Assembly (NCBI GenBank): GCA_951406725.2
Contig: OX597815.1
Location: 107,632,001-107,696,000, forward strand
Reading direction: 5' to 3'
From: Octopus vulgaris
Lineage: Eukaryota
Length of the DNA stretch: 64,000 nucleotides
Part shown: in pieces, positions 1 to 13,479 of the stretch
Layout: each line of letters opens with the position of its first letter
How positions within the stretch are numbered: position 1 is the stretch's first letter
Program-made: the position numbers and the translations under genes
The notes under the pieces: model-generated
The model's database searches: none
What the model was told of the DNA's origin: nothing
Seen by the model: only the letters and a program-made list of their open reading frames with translations

Positions 1-980
1 AATAGCATAATCCAGAGGGTTTAGATCTGGGCTAGAAGGCGGCCATAAACATGATTCCAAAAATTGCTAAAGTTGGATTTGCAGAAATCTTGTATTTTTC
101 TAGCTATGTGTGCTGGAGCACCATCCTGTGTCCATACATAATTACCATCTAGGTAGTTTGCTTTAAGCCATGGCAATACCTGGTATCTCAGAGTCTTGTA
201 CTAAGTATTAACATGATTTTTTTCATCAGCTTTGTAGAATTTTATACGCACTTTCTATCGGAAGCCACAACACCAAAAGCCATAACTTGAGCAGGATGTT
301 TTGTTTTGAATGTCCACTTAGCCTCAGCTGTTGATTTTGCAATAGATCTGTCATTTCTGCGGTTCAGAACAGCATCGACATTGAAGATCTTTTCATCTGA
401 AAAGATCGTTACAATGGAGGACTTTTTCTTGAACCATGTAATAGTTTTCTTGCACCTCTCCAATCTCTTTTCCTTCATAGCTGTTGTCAACAAGTGTTTT
501 GGTGTTCTCGTGTAAGATTTTAACTTCAAATCATATTTTACAGCATTTCTAATGGCCTTGTTGTCTACCTCAAGTTCAATTGCCATTTTCCTCATGGATT
601 TGGTTGGATCCTTTAGGATTTTGGATTTGAGAGCTTTAATAAAAGCTTTGGTACGTTTTTGTTGATTCCACCAGTTCCAGACCTCCTCATAATAGTTTTG
701 CTCATAGTCATTCTATTTTTTACATTATAAACAGTCTTTATGGACACTCCAACTATTCTTGAAATCTCCTTTGGTGTGACGAGTGTATTCAGCAAATCAC
801 ACACTCTTTGACATTTGCTTTCCTGATTACTTATATGGGCAAAAGTTTCTGAAAAGGTAAGGATAATAGTGCTAGGTATGATTACGACATCAATATATGC
901 TAGGTTTCAAAACAATTGACTTAGTGCCTACTGAGAAAAAACAACTTAACGTTCATTGTAAATTTTGCTTCCCCACCCTG
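1..980 (-). mobile_element. Decayed Tc1/mariner-superfamily transposon, DD37D (maT-like); 3' end lies outside the window
   Basis: Minus-strand motifs IFSDEKIFNVD..NRRNDR, VMAFGVVASD, WTQDGAPAH and WPPSSPDLNPLDY. After fixing one frameshift there are 37 residues between the 2nd and 3rd catalytic Asp. HTH-like N-terminal ORF 613-804. Terminus reads TA|CAGGGTGGGGAAGC at 980. Confidence 0.85.
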
Positions 981-1574
981 TATATATAATTAAGTAATGT
1001 TTAAAGTGTATTCTAAGCTAATTATATGTATGTAACGCTACTAATCATAACTATAAATTGGTAACTTTTCACGGGTTTAAATAAATCAATACATTATCTA
1101 AACTTACATAAATAATTTAATTTATGCCTACATTTAATATTACGTTCATCTTGTGGGTTAATTAATTTTTTTAATTAGCTAATAATATCTCTTTAAATTC
1201 GTTTGTACATAATAAGCAAAATTTACGCCCTATTCTATACGATTTAGCCTTACAAACTATTTCCCATTTTAAATCGTATTTTATTCGTTTAGATTTATAT
1301 ATTATATGATTGTAATAATCTTATTCTTATATATTATATGATTATAATAATCTTACTGTTCAATATTATATATTATTAAAATTTTAGATTAGTATTGTGT
1401 ATGGTATATGTCTCACAGCATAGTTTTGAACGGATTATTCATTGACTGAGTTGTGGAATGGTGGTTCGTCTCTAAATTAGTTATATATGTGTGTTTATGT
1501 GTGTGTATGTGTGTATATATATATTTATAGATATATATATTCATATACATATATATATGTATGTATATGATATC

Positions 1575-1770
<196 letters not shown>

Positions 1771-1828
1771 TATGTTCATATTTACACATAATATATATAT
1801 AGATATGTATATCTGCGTGTGTGTGTGT

Positions 1829-1860
<32 letters not shown>

Positions 1861-2796
1861 AGTGAGATTCATATATGAGTGAATGTGTGTATAAGAAGAC
1901 ATAAAAATAGCTAATAATTTTTTGAGACTAAATAGATTTGGTATTCTTTTAAATTCTATTTTGTTTCTCTTTTCTTTATGGATGTGAGAGAATTACAATA
2001 TATTATATCATGACATTGGTTTAATTTTCGATTTTATTGCAGCATATCTCTTTATCTTCCACTGAAAACTGATAATATTATTACCTCTTGCCTTATTGAT
2101 AGGTTTATAAATAGACGCATCTCACCAGACCATTTCCCCCATTTATTTTTGGCATGCAAGATAACTGCTCTGAAATAGATGACCCATTCAAGCATAAGGA
2201 CCATTAAACAGTCATTGCTGAAGATCTTTATATAGTCCTGGTTGTAATGCAACTAGAGTTGAGTAATAATAATTTATTTAAAGAAATTATTACTGCTTCA
2301 AATAAATGGAAGACAAAAACAAAATGAAAAACAAAACAAGCAAAATAAAATAAACGTAAAATGAAGCAAATAATGAAAAATACAAAAAGACGTGGATTGT
2401 TACCAGTATTATCATTCAGCTCTGAATTAAGCACAGAGCCAGAAATATTTATGGCACATGGGTACAAATAGTCTAATTGATTGATTCTTAGTTAATGACT
2501 GGTACTAATTTTATCAACCCTGCGATTTAAAGGTTTCAGATTTTGGCACAAGACCAGCAGTTTTAGAGGTGGTGGGGGCAAGTTGATTACATTGACTTAT
2601 TTTACCAACACTGGAAGGATGGAAGGCCAAGTTGACCTCGGCAGAATTTGTACTCAGAATCTAAAGAGCAGCAAAATATACTACCAAGCTTGTTACATGT
2701 TAAGGTTATCTCTACTGATTTTCAATAGAAATTATAGCCAGCACTGATTTGTCACTGGCTATAATCTCTATGAAATGCTGGATATAATTTTATATC

Positions 2797-3018
2797 TATT
2801 TCTTTACTACCCACAAGGGGCTAAATACAGAGGGGACAGACAAACGGATTAAGTCGATTACATCGACCCCAGTGCGTAACTGGTATTTAATTTATCGACC
2901 CCGAAAGGGTGAAAGGCAAAGTCGACCTCAGTGGAATTTGAACTCAGAACATAACGGCAAACGAAATATGGTTATGCATTTCGCCCGTCATGCTAACGTT
3001 TCTGCCAGCTCGCTGCCT
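2797..3018 (-). mobile_element. tRNA-derived SINE with Meta-like central domain and Tx1-like 3' tail
   Basis: Minus strand: head GGCAGCGAGCTGGCAGAAACGTTAGCA, B-box-like GAGTTCAAATTCC, core GCCTTTCACCCTTTCGGGGTCGATAAA, tail CCCCTTGTGGGTAGTAAAGAAATA. Other copies near 2530-2690, 3385-3590, 19372-19602, 20715-20870, 29892-30116, 39258-40812, 42842-42981. Confidence 0.8.
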
Positions 3019-4084
3019 TATCTTTAATATGTGATTTAATAGCCCTGCTAACACAGTAGGACACAGTATTGACTTATAAAGCATTTAATATACTTTATGG
3101 AATATTATAGTTGTATAATGAAATATGGTGTCGCTACATGTAATTACTAAACATGTTGTCAATGCACTAACAATTCTGCCAGCTTGCTACCTTAATCTCT
3201 AGAAATAATGAAAAGCAAAGTTTATTTTGGTCAAAATCGAATAATTTGGAAGTAAATGGAAGTATCTAAACACTGAAACACATGTTTTCTGTTGTTTTAA
3301 TAATTTCTGTTAGTTCACTGATCTTGTATCTAATTTACAAGATTATCATTAATGGTAACAGGTTCATGTTAATATTTCATTGATTATGGTGGCAAGCTGG
3401 AAAAATCATTAGTACACAGAGCAAAATGCTTAGAGGCATTTCATCCATCTCTATATGCTGAATGCAAATTCTGCTAAGATCAACTTTTCCTTTCATCCTT
3501 TTAGAGTTGATAAAACGAGTATCAGTTGAGCACTGGGTTCATTTTAATTGATTTAACCCTAACCCTGAAATTGCTTTCATTGTATATTTAGCCTTGTCAC
3601 CAACATTATAGCTGTGCAGCAAAGATGTTTGTTTTGCAAACTCATGGTTCAGGATTCAATCACACAAGGTACGAAACCCTTCTAGTATGGCCCCGCTGCT
3701 TTGTGAGTAAAATTTGATAGACAGAAAATATTTGGAAGCTTTGCATACGTATGTATATATGTATGTGTGTATGCATGTGTGTGCGCATGTGTTCATGCAT
3801 GTATGTGTGTTTGTCAAAACAGGTGCAGTATGGTGATCTAAAAGCAGGAAAAGTGCATGCGATACAAGATGAAGAAGTGATATAAAGAGTTTGCAAATGA
3901 TTCATTAAAGGAAACCAGCAGTGACATCAACACCTGGCGAGGCCAAGTCCCAGAGAAGTGCAGAGAAGTTTGATTATCAACAGTGTTGATGAGTTTGGGG
4001 TTGAGTGTACAGCATATGCTCTGCTGAAACATATAATAAAACATATGGAGATTGTAGTACCACTTCCAGAGAGAGGTTCTAGAT

Positions 4085-4415
4085 GAGGGTTGGCCAAACT
4101 GAGGCCCATGGGCTGCATGCAGCCTGCAGACTTCTATCTTGCGGTCCACTTGGTACTTTCTTGAAATGGGTTTATTTAAACAAACATTTTAAAAATCTTA
4201 TCAAAAATTCAAGACTGTAATGAAAACTAAAAAAGAAAGATACTACTGTTTTTGCAACGATAATATTTCATGTTGAATCAATGATCATTCATTCATTATT
4301 GTAATAATAGCATGAGAAAGCAAAATGCTTTTGATTCTCTCAGTATACAAACAGCCCTCAAAGACCTTTCTGTGATTAAAGTGGCCTGCAATGTAATTCG
4401 AGTTGGCCAGGCCTG
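4085..4415. mobile_element. hAT/Charlie-type MITE
   Basis: Imperfect TIRs GAGGGTTGGCCAA / TTGGCCAGGCCTG; 8-bp flanks TTCTAGAT and CTCTAGAC match the Charlie nTCTAGAn target duplication. Confidence 0.8.
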
Positions 4416-4957
4416 CTCTAGACAGTTACTGCAATACAAGACCTGTCATTATGTATGCCTTTCAAAACTGGAATTGCCCAGCCATAAATGGAGTCTCATG
4501 ATCCTGAGATACGAAATATTACTCCTGTTGATTTTTCCATGTGGTCCAAGAATTTACAGTATGAGTTGCAAATCACTGGTTGGACTTTTAAGAACCATCG
4601 CAGAAGTCACAAGTGACAAATAAACTCATGGTAAGAGATGCTGTCAATATTCAAAAAGTAGTTGTACTAGGTTATGAGTTAACATCAATCATGTTTGAAT
4701 AGATATGTTGTTTAGAGACTGGGATTGGTCCCATGCAAAGACCCTTTCCTCACTATAAAGAGCTTCAAGCACACAGACATTGCTGAATTTTGAACATCCT
4801 GTTCACAGTGTTAATCCTTGGCACGGGTATGGCTGTGTGGTAAGAAGCTTGCTTCGCAACCACATAGTCAGGGTTCAGTCCCACTGCATGGCACCTGTAT
4901 GTGAAATGTATGCTTTACTGCTTTTATTTTAAATGTTGCTCTATATAATCATTTTGT

Positions 4958-5332
4958 GGAGGCACAATGGCCCAGTGGTTAGGGTAGCGGACTTGCGGTT
5001 GTAGGATCGCGGTTTCGATTCCCAGATCGGATGTTGTGAGTGTTTATTGAGTGGAAACACCTAAGGCTCCACGAGGCTCTGGCAGGGGGTGGTGGTGAAC
5101 CCTGCTGTACTCTTTCACCACAACTTTCTCTTTCTGTTTCTGCTGTATCTGTATTTCAAAGGGCCAGCCTTATCACACTCTGTGTTACACTGAATCTCCC
5201 TGAGAACTATGTAAAGAGTACACGTGTCTATGGAGTGCTCAGCCACTTGCACATTAATTTCACGAGCAGGCTGTTCCATTGATCGGATAACTGGAGCCCT
5301 CGTCGTTGTAACCGATGGAGTGTCAACAACAA
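4958..5332 (+). mobile_element. tRNA-derived SINE (second family)
   Basis: A box TGGCCCAGTGG and B box GGTTTCGATTCCC; homologous head at 44668-44965 and partial copy near 22190-22380. Confidence 0.75.
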
Positions 5333-5389
5333 TATAATCATTTTAGCAATGCACACAAATCAGTTATGCCTATATATACCTTGACTAGC

Positions 5390-5650
5390 TTCCTTGCTGG
5401 TGGCATGTAAAAAGCACCAACCGATCATGGCCGTTGCCAGCCTCCTCTGGCCCCTGTGCCGGTGGCAAGAAAAAAGCACCCACTACACTCACAGAATGGT
5501 TGGCGTTAGGAAGGGCATCCAGATGTAGAAACACTGCCAGATCAGACTGGGGCCTGGTGCAGCCTCCTGGCTTCCTAGACCCCAGACAAACTGTCCAACC
5601 CATGCTAGCATGAAAAACGGACGTTAAACGATGATGATGATTATGATGAT
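5390..5650 (+). mobile_element. RTE-LINE 3' UTR-derived repeat ending in (GAT)n
   Basis: Contains GGTTGGCGTTAGGAAGGGCATCC and the GGACGTTAAACGATGATG tail, as in the RTE 3' end at 14390-15330. Confidence 0.75.
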
Positions 5651-5689
5651 GCTGCTGCTGCTGATGATGACAATGATACCGCCGGCACT

Positions 5690-6345
5690 GTCCCATTTTT
5701 TTCTTTTTCATCTTTGGCACGGGAGGGGTTGGCTCCATCTCCTCAACCAGAGGAACATTGCCTCCTCCTGCAACTCCCGGATCCTTTGGTGAGCAACCAA
5801 TTTTGCTCCCCTTCTTTTTTCTCCCCTTTTTTCTGGGGGATATCTCTCCCTCCTCACCTACCTCCTTATCTCCTTCTGGAGGAGGAGGGGGGCTCTTCTA
5901 CAACCAACTGTTCCAGGACCCTACTCTGGTCCTGGGGACAGTTTTTCTTTGTGGCCAGGCTCCAGGCACCGATGACACCTGGGGGGGATGACCCTCAAGA
6001 TTCACTGGATACCTGCTATCTGCACCCGGTCATTTTCAAAAATCTGACAAAACCAGATTGGTTGATTGGGTCTATAGGGTCAAAACAGTCTTTGACCCAA
6101 CCCAATCATCCGCAGGAAAAAGTTTCACATTAAGGAGCTTGGCTCCACTGCCACCCAGACCCTGGCAGATAGTCTCCTCTATCCACTTGGGTTTTATCCT
6201 GAGTGGCAACCCACAGACCCAAGCTCTTGTCAACCTCTTTCCACAATATGTGGGAAAAAACAAAATTTCTTTGCTCTGTAAGGGCTGGCTCACAAATTTG
6301 CAAGTCTCTTCAGGGGTGTGAAATAACAACCACACCGTTGTGTGT
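5690..6345 (-). pseudogene. Fragment of Tx1-family ORF1 (gag-like, CCHC knuckle)
   Basis: ORF 6072-6335 (FHTPEETCKFVSQPLQSKEILFFPTYCGKR..LP..KPKWI) aligns by eye with ORF1 27623-29047 (FDTAEVAKEVSSLTLKSDDIMLLPSYMGKR..IP..DIMWV). Frameshifted PPRCHRCLEPGHK.KNC knuckle near 5935-5990. Confidence 0.7.
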
Positions 6346-6710
6346 TTGAACAGCTTGTACAGCTGTTACCAACCACTTGTCTATCCCCAGTTTCCACATT
6401 GATCACCAGATAAGGGATTGGGGAACCCTGTCAAAAGCTTCCTCAAAGTCAATAAAAGCCAAGTACAGAGGTTTATCTTTGGCTAGATATTTCTCCTGCA
6501 GTTGCCTTACCAGAAATATAGCATCAGTGGGGCTTCTGCTTGGCACAAAACCAAACTGCATCTCATCTAGGCAAAGTCTCTCCCTAATTAGTTGGGCTAT
6601 GACCCTCTCTGTAACTTTCATCACCTGATCCAATAATTTGATACTCCCTGTAGTTATTTCTATCTAAAGCTTTACCTTTACCTTTGTAGCAGTTGACTAT
6701 GGTGCTGCTG
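6345..6710 (-). pseudogene. RTE-clade LINE reverse transcriptase fragment
   Basis: QFGFVPSRSPTDAIFLVRQLQEKYLAKDKPLYLAFIDFEEAFDRVP matches RT domains 2-3 of RTE elements. Confidence 0.85.
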
Positions 6711-8150
6711 TCTATGTATGTGAATCTTTGTGTCTATGTTTGTTCCCCCATCACTGCTTGACAACCAGTGTTGGCGTGTTTATGTCCCCTTAACTTGGCT
6801 GTCTGGCAGAAGAAACCGATAGAATAAATACTAGGCTTTTAAAATAAGCCCGGGTGTTGATTTATTCAGCTAAAACCCTTCAAGGTGGTGCTCCAGCATG
6901 GCCACAGTCAAATAACTGAAACAAATAAAAGAATAAAAGAAAGAAAAGCAGTGTTCTGACATGGCCATAGTCCAACTCCAGAAGCAAGTAAAATGATAAA
7001 AGAGATAAAAAAAACAAATCAAATTGAAAAATAAATAACTAAAGAAAACAAGAAAGTCTCTCCCCCTCCAAAAAATGCAACAAAAAACAAAGCTGGAAAT
7101 ACCTGACTGAAACCATTTGGCTTATATTTTCTTATATTTCATGTTTTATTTATTATTCCTTTAGGTTGTTATATCTCTTTCATTTTGGTATCTATTATAT
7201 CCTTATTTTATTTTTTAATATTGTTGGAGGCATTATTTATTTAACATTATATCACAGTATGTATCCAACACATCCTGTGTTTTTTTTTCTTCTCTATAAA
7301 CTAAACATTCTTGTAAATGTTTTAATATTTCCACCATCTTTGACACTGTCTCAGTTATTTTTCATGTTATTTCTGTTATTTATACAGATCTTATTCTTTT
7401 TATAATTTAGTTTTGGTTTTGTTGTTCACTTCAATAGAAAGTTTTACGTTTTTATAAATATTACATAGGATTTTTTGAAAGATCTACTACAGTTATGAAC
7501 GTTTCATAGTGATTTCTTTTGACTTAATACAAGGTGAGTTTCTGTAAAAGTGGGTGGATGGGTAGTGTGAATGAGTGAGAGGTGCAATGCTTAGAATCAA
7601 CCTCAGTGTAAATGCTGGAACTCAACAAGCCAATAAAAAACATCTATACAGTTGCTTGACCTGGTAGTAGCAGCCAAATCTCCCTGAAGCCATACTCTGT
7701 CATCTTAAATAATGCATACAGTTTTTCAGTAGTTTATGGTACACTATAGTAGAAAAATACAAGAAGAAGAAATCTGATATTTGTTGATCAGATGGCTTAA
7801 GTCTGTTCAATCAAGGCTGACCTGTGGTTACCACCAACACCACCACCACCACCACCACCACCAACCACCACCACCACCACCAGTATCAGTACCAGCACCA
7901 CCTTAACCCATTCAGAGATGAGTTTACCTTTTAACCGCCCAAGGGTTAATGAATATATACGAGTGATGTGCTGCATTGAGGTGCTCCTCTGAACTAACAG
8001 CATCAAACCCAATTTGGTTACGGTCACCCAAGTTTTACTATTTTATGTTAGGGGAACACTTGTCTAATTCTTTTTGTCTCCTTGAAAGAAATTTAGTTTC
8101 AAGAGAAGAACTTGTAGGTCATAATTACTTTTCAGCCATGTTGTCCACAC

Positions 8151-8288
<138 letters not shown>

Positions 8289-11161
8289 TGTATGAATACC
8301 TTATAGTTCAATTTTTAGCAAAATTCATTTTTCTGAGAGACTTACTGGGTCTCTTCATGTATTATACCAGTGACTAACACTGAATGCATGTCTGTGTAGT
8401 TACTGTGTAAACATCTACCATAACCACAGATAGACTACTAACTTATGAATAAAATGAAGTAGACGAAACATGTGCAGAAGCCCATTGTATCTATTTGTCT
8501 GTCTACCAGTTTATGTATCTTCCGTTTTAAAAAATTTGAAGTCTTTTATGTGAAGAAGGAACTGGCTTCTAACAAAGATACAAAGCTCCATCATTGGAAT
8601 GTAGATAATGAAAACAAAGTCGTATGTTGAACTTGAGAGAAATGTCTTGCAGATTTTTACTGTTCTGCAAAATAAATTTCTTGCACCTGGTTGACAACAA
8701 TATCTCTGATTAACAGAAACTCTTCTCCTTAGAGTACTGTACTGTTTATTGCTTGTTTATCTACATATCTCTCACCCTTAATGCATCCTTTACATGTTTA
8801 AATTTAGTGGCTTCAGTCTATATTGGAACCACTGACTAAAGGATGTCTGTCCTATAAAAACTGTAAAAACTTCATAAAAATCAGTGTTTTTATCTGAGTT
8901 GGGAGCAACAGACAACTGGGATCAGGTTTTGAAGGTTATGTATGCATTTATGATAGCTTGACCTTCTAATTAAAATGACCTCTTGGCCAAATGATTGATC
9001 AGTTCCACAATTCTGTCTGATGCCTCCATCCAAGTTTTGTTCATATGAAAGTTAGATTCAAGTAAAAAAATTCCAGTAGCTTTATTGGTTTACCTAAGCA
9101 CATCTAATTGCATGGATATTTTTTCCTGAATACTCAGAAATAACTGAATGGATTTTTCTGGGATGAATTTCGCTGTTGATACATTTTTGCATTCCTTTAA
9201 TTTGGTAACTACAACATCAATGCCTGATAGAAAACTTACCATAATAGTCATATGATTTACTTAAACCCATCTTACTGTTTGACATACCAATCAACGAGGA
9301 ATCCAGCTTAATACATCTATTTTATTCAGCAGTATTTCTAATGACTGTGCATGTAAAAGTGATGGGAATAGTTATTCTTCATGAATTGATATTTTAATTC
9401 TTAATTTATTTAAGAAAATATCATTTTCTAGAAGGAAAGAAATTCTCCTGCCATACATCAATTATAGGAAAGTCAGTTTGAGCTACAAATACTTGAAGAA
9501 CTTGCTTCAATTATTTATTTATTGATTTTTTTTTATTCTGTTGAAGACTTTTGGCTATTCTAAGCAAATTTAAAGTACATTGAAGCCAGGTTTTAAGCCA
9601 ACCAACTCAATGGTTTTTCTCTATACATGAAGATTATCTTGCACCATTTTTCCAAGAATAATACATGCTTGGACTTGATCAATGATGTAGACAGTTCAGA
9701 TAGGCATTGAGGTCTATCAACATCAGCCTTCACTTGTCATCTCGGAAATATTCTCTGATTTATTTGGATTTTGGATCACAATTTCATTCTTGATTTATTA
9801 GAGATTTTAAGCTATGTCTAATATTTCTATGTGCTTCTATTGGTCTACCTAGACCTTTTATAACTCTAGCTAGACTGTCTACTCAATTGTATCTATTTTA
9901 GCATTAACTATATAACCCTAATGTTTGGCATTCAAGAACTATTCAAGCAAAATCCTTACTCCTTTAATTATATTCATTTCTAATTTAAAAGATCCATCTG
10001 GATGTATTTTCATCTATTCTTCTTTCCATCCTTCTTAAAGGTCTTAACTTGTCTACTTATTTTATTTTAATGTACCTTTGAGTTTTCTTTAATTTAGATG
10101 GTTATCACATCATCTCTAAACATTTTCTGTGTCATAACTGATGCACTGAGTTTTTTTATACCCTTGGTCCTCTATATAGAGTTTGTATAATCTGATTAGT
10201 TAGTATACACTACATTACTATTTAAAACTATATGAATCTGGTTAATTCCTCATTAGTAAATCTTTTTATTCTAATAAGATTTCTACTTCTCTAATTAACT
10301 TATGTCCATACTTGTTCAGTGTGAAGAAATCCTGTCTGAATCTCTTTACCAGTAAGAAAAAAATGTTTGAAGGAATTTAAAGGGCTGTTATATTCCACTC
10401 TTTATGCCTTAGCAGTTCAGCAAAAGAGATCAATAGAATAAGTACCGAGTTTTTAAAAATAAGTACCGGAGTTGGTTCATTCAATTCATTTGATTAAAAA
10501 TTTCTCTGAAACAAGTGAAAGATAAAAGATTTCTCACAAATATTTTGTCACAGTTCTGATTGATGATAATGATATATATTAATCATTTGCCCAATTGTAT
10601 TGATTGATAACAATCATTTACTCAGGTGTATTGGTTTCAAAACATTTTGTCTGGTTTCACACAATATTTTATCCTCACTTCTGTGTACTCAAAATACTTT
10701 TAAACTTAGAAACTTTTCCAAAGCCTATCAAGTTCTTCTATATCTCTTTGAAGGTTTCTTCCATTTATTCATCCAATATCTCACATAACAAGATGAGGAC
10801 AATTGTTAGTGCAAGTTATGATGGTGTATTTTTAAGTTTTCCCTGGATTGCCAACAATATCAGATTTATTGTTCCTGCTTTATGAATACTATATTTTTAT
10901 CTTTTCTTTCCTTCATTTCAGTAATTTCATTCCTCTTCATCTCTGTTTTCTTCTAATATACATGCCCACAGTTTCTAGCAGTTGATATTTGGTGCCATTC
11001 TGCTACAACAAATCTTATCTGTAATGTGTCTGCTACAACTAGAACATATTGTTTCTATCTGTTATGATTTCCAACAACGTCTTTGTTCCAGCATTTTCCA
11101 AAATGAATTAAGGTGATATCTTGAATACAGATCTTTCAACTTTTTTTTTATTTGTATCTAT

Positions 11162-11216
<55 letters not shown>

Positions 11217-11269
11217 GATATTCTCATTCTGAAAATCATCTCTGGCTAATCATTGAGAGGACGTTGGTA

Positions 11270-11308
11270 TTGTCTTGGTGGAGGTTTGCGCTCTCTGAGT
11301 GCTCTTGT
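11270..11308 (+). mobile_element. Helentron/HINE-like terminal fragment
   Basis: CTTGGTGGAGGTTTGCGCTCTCTGAGTGCTCTTGTT resembles the terminal motif of non-autonomous Helentron-associated elements; other end not identified. Confidence 0.45.
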
Positions 11309-12821
11309 TACTACTTATTTTATTAACTTATCAAAACATTAAATGGATAATATGACACTGTCACTCCTATGGAAAATAACAGGATCAGATTTTTTTTATC
11401 TCAGCCAGAGGTTAAAAAGTTGTACAGAATTTTTTTCCATGTAATAAACTGCCTGATTAACAAAATATAGATAACTCCATCTCTGAATTGCTCATTGCCC
11501 ATCCATTACTGACATGCAAAGATTATTGACTTCAACTGGTTTAGATTGACTAAACCCTTCAAGGTCGTGCCCCAGCATGACTGAAACAAGTAAAGGTATA
11601 CTAACTGGTATCTGAATGGTTGATACAATATCTTCATTATGAAACATATCACTGATCACATCTAGTCAATGGACATTTTACCAGTTGGAGAAATTCATAG
11701 ACTAAATAAGAATCAAATACAATAGAGTCAATATCATATAAATAAAAAATAAAATATTGTGTTCTAAAACCATAGTAGCCAGAGTAACAATTGGTGCCAA
11801 AAGTTTAAGAAGCTATTACCTCTGCTAGAAATAATTGGGATTTTCTATCAAAGTTAAGGGCACATTTTATGATGCTTATATTCAAAGTAAGATGTTGTGT
11901 AATAGCGAAATAGGGGCATTAAACAGAGTGGATGCAGAAAGACTGACAGAAAATAGGTGAGTATATTGTTCTGGATGTGTAGTGTTACTAAAAGATGGAA
12001 GAAAGAAGAAAGGGCACAGGATGAAGCAGATGTAGTGTGCAAAAGACAACACTGAGCTTTTACAAACATGAACCTGAATCTATAGAAGGAGATGAGAAGT
12101 GATCACAGTATGAGGTAAGATGCTGTGCTGGACAAGAGCTGTTGAAACTCTGTAGGCTTAGTAAAATGAGTGAATTCATTTTTTATGCATACATAGGTTG
12201 AACATGTAAAATGATATATATATATATAAACACATACAGACAGAGACATACATACGTGCATATATACATATGTATGTACTCAAGTACATGTGTGTGTCCA
12301 TAGATACATATGTATGTATACATGCATGCATGAATGTCTGTATCTATGCCTGCTTGATAAGGAGGACTGTTTTTATTGGGTAACCTGCAGGACGAGGATC
12401 AAAACCTATCATGGCCATCCAACAGCTGGGGGTGAGAAACCCGTGACCATATGGAGTAAAAGACCCCTAGTTCTCATTAGAACCTCCTTCAAGGGGAAGA
12501 TAAACTTATATAAAAACTAGAAGAGCAGTTAGTTTTCTGGTTGTTTCAATCCCTGTTGTGCCACTAGTGTTATAGTTGATGATGATGATGATGATAGTAT
12601 ATATATATATATATATATATAACCATACACAAAACACGCACACATACATACTTACAAAGTGGTTTCAGTGCAGTGCAACACTTTATTCACTCAAAACAAG
12701 TTCACATACAAAAACGTCTTGGACTCTTAGAACAGGACATGATATACAAAAAAAGTGCCGTGCCAATGGGAGTGCAATGAATCATAAAGGCCTAACAAGC
12801 TGGGAGTATGTAATTGCTAAC

Positions 12822-13227
12822 CAAACCTGGGCACCAAGTCATTAATCAGTTAATCATTAATTAACAAAGCCTTTTCGTTAAAGATTTAAATTTTAAGTTA
12901 ACTTTGGAAATCATTATCAGACTAATTAACATCTGTAACATTTAACTTCCATTAATTCAAGTCAACTTCAGCTAACTTCTGTTAACTTCAATTAAAGTTA
13001 ACGAATTTTAAAGTTTTGGCACTTCTTAAAGGTGTTTTTAGGTAGCTTTATGGCAAAAACTGATTTTTTGTTTTTTTCTATATTATAAAAATTAATGTTA
13101 CCAGTTTATCAATAACTTCCATTATATTAGGAAATAATTAACTTATTAACAGTTATCAAGGTTAACTTTCGGTTAACGGATTAACGGTTAATGAAATTAA
13201 CTTTTTGATTAATGGTGCCTACCTTTG
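12822..13227. mobile_element. Putative MITE rich in (G)TTAAC motifs
   Basis: Imperfect inverted ends CAAACCTGGGCACC..ATTAATC / GATTAATGGTGCCTACCTTTG; many internal TTAAC/GTTAA repeats. Confidence 0.5.
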
Positions 13228-13479
13228 TTGCAAATCTACATGGAGGCAGCTTGTGATATTGGCCACTTCATTTTCAAATGTTTCAACAAAAGGATTTTGC
13301 AGCACCCTAAGTGACTGAGAAGACCTTTTAAGGAATAGCTTTGCTCATGTACTGGCAGAATATAGTCTAAACAAAGCTCAGCACTACCAGTCTGGTCAGC
13401 ATCCTGCAACTGGTAGTTGTTCACTGATGCAGGTGAAATATAAATGTTCAACAAATCACTGAGTTTTATTATGGACAAA

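Noticed and set aside
4958-5035. tRNA gene
   Set aside because: A/B boxes are present, but no full cloverleaf and the sequence continues into a SINE body.
7470-7532. AG..GTGAGT-bounded candidate exon
   Set aside because: Stops in all three frames and no other support.
8950-11130. Probable ancient non-LTR retroelement on the minus strand
   Set aside because: Strand-biased composition is suggestive, but no diagnostic motif could be read confidently.
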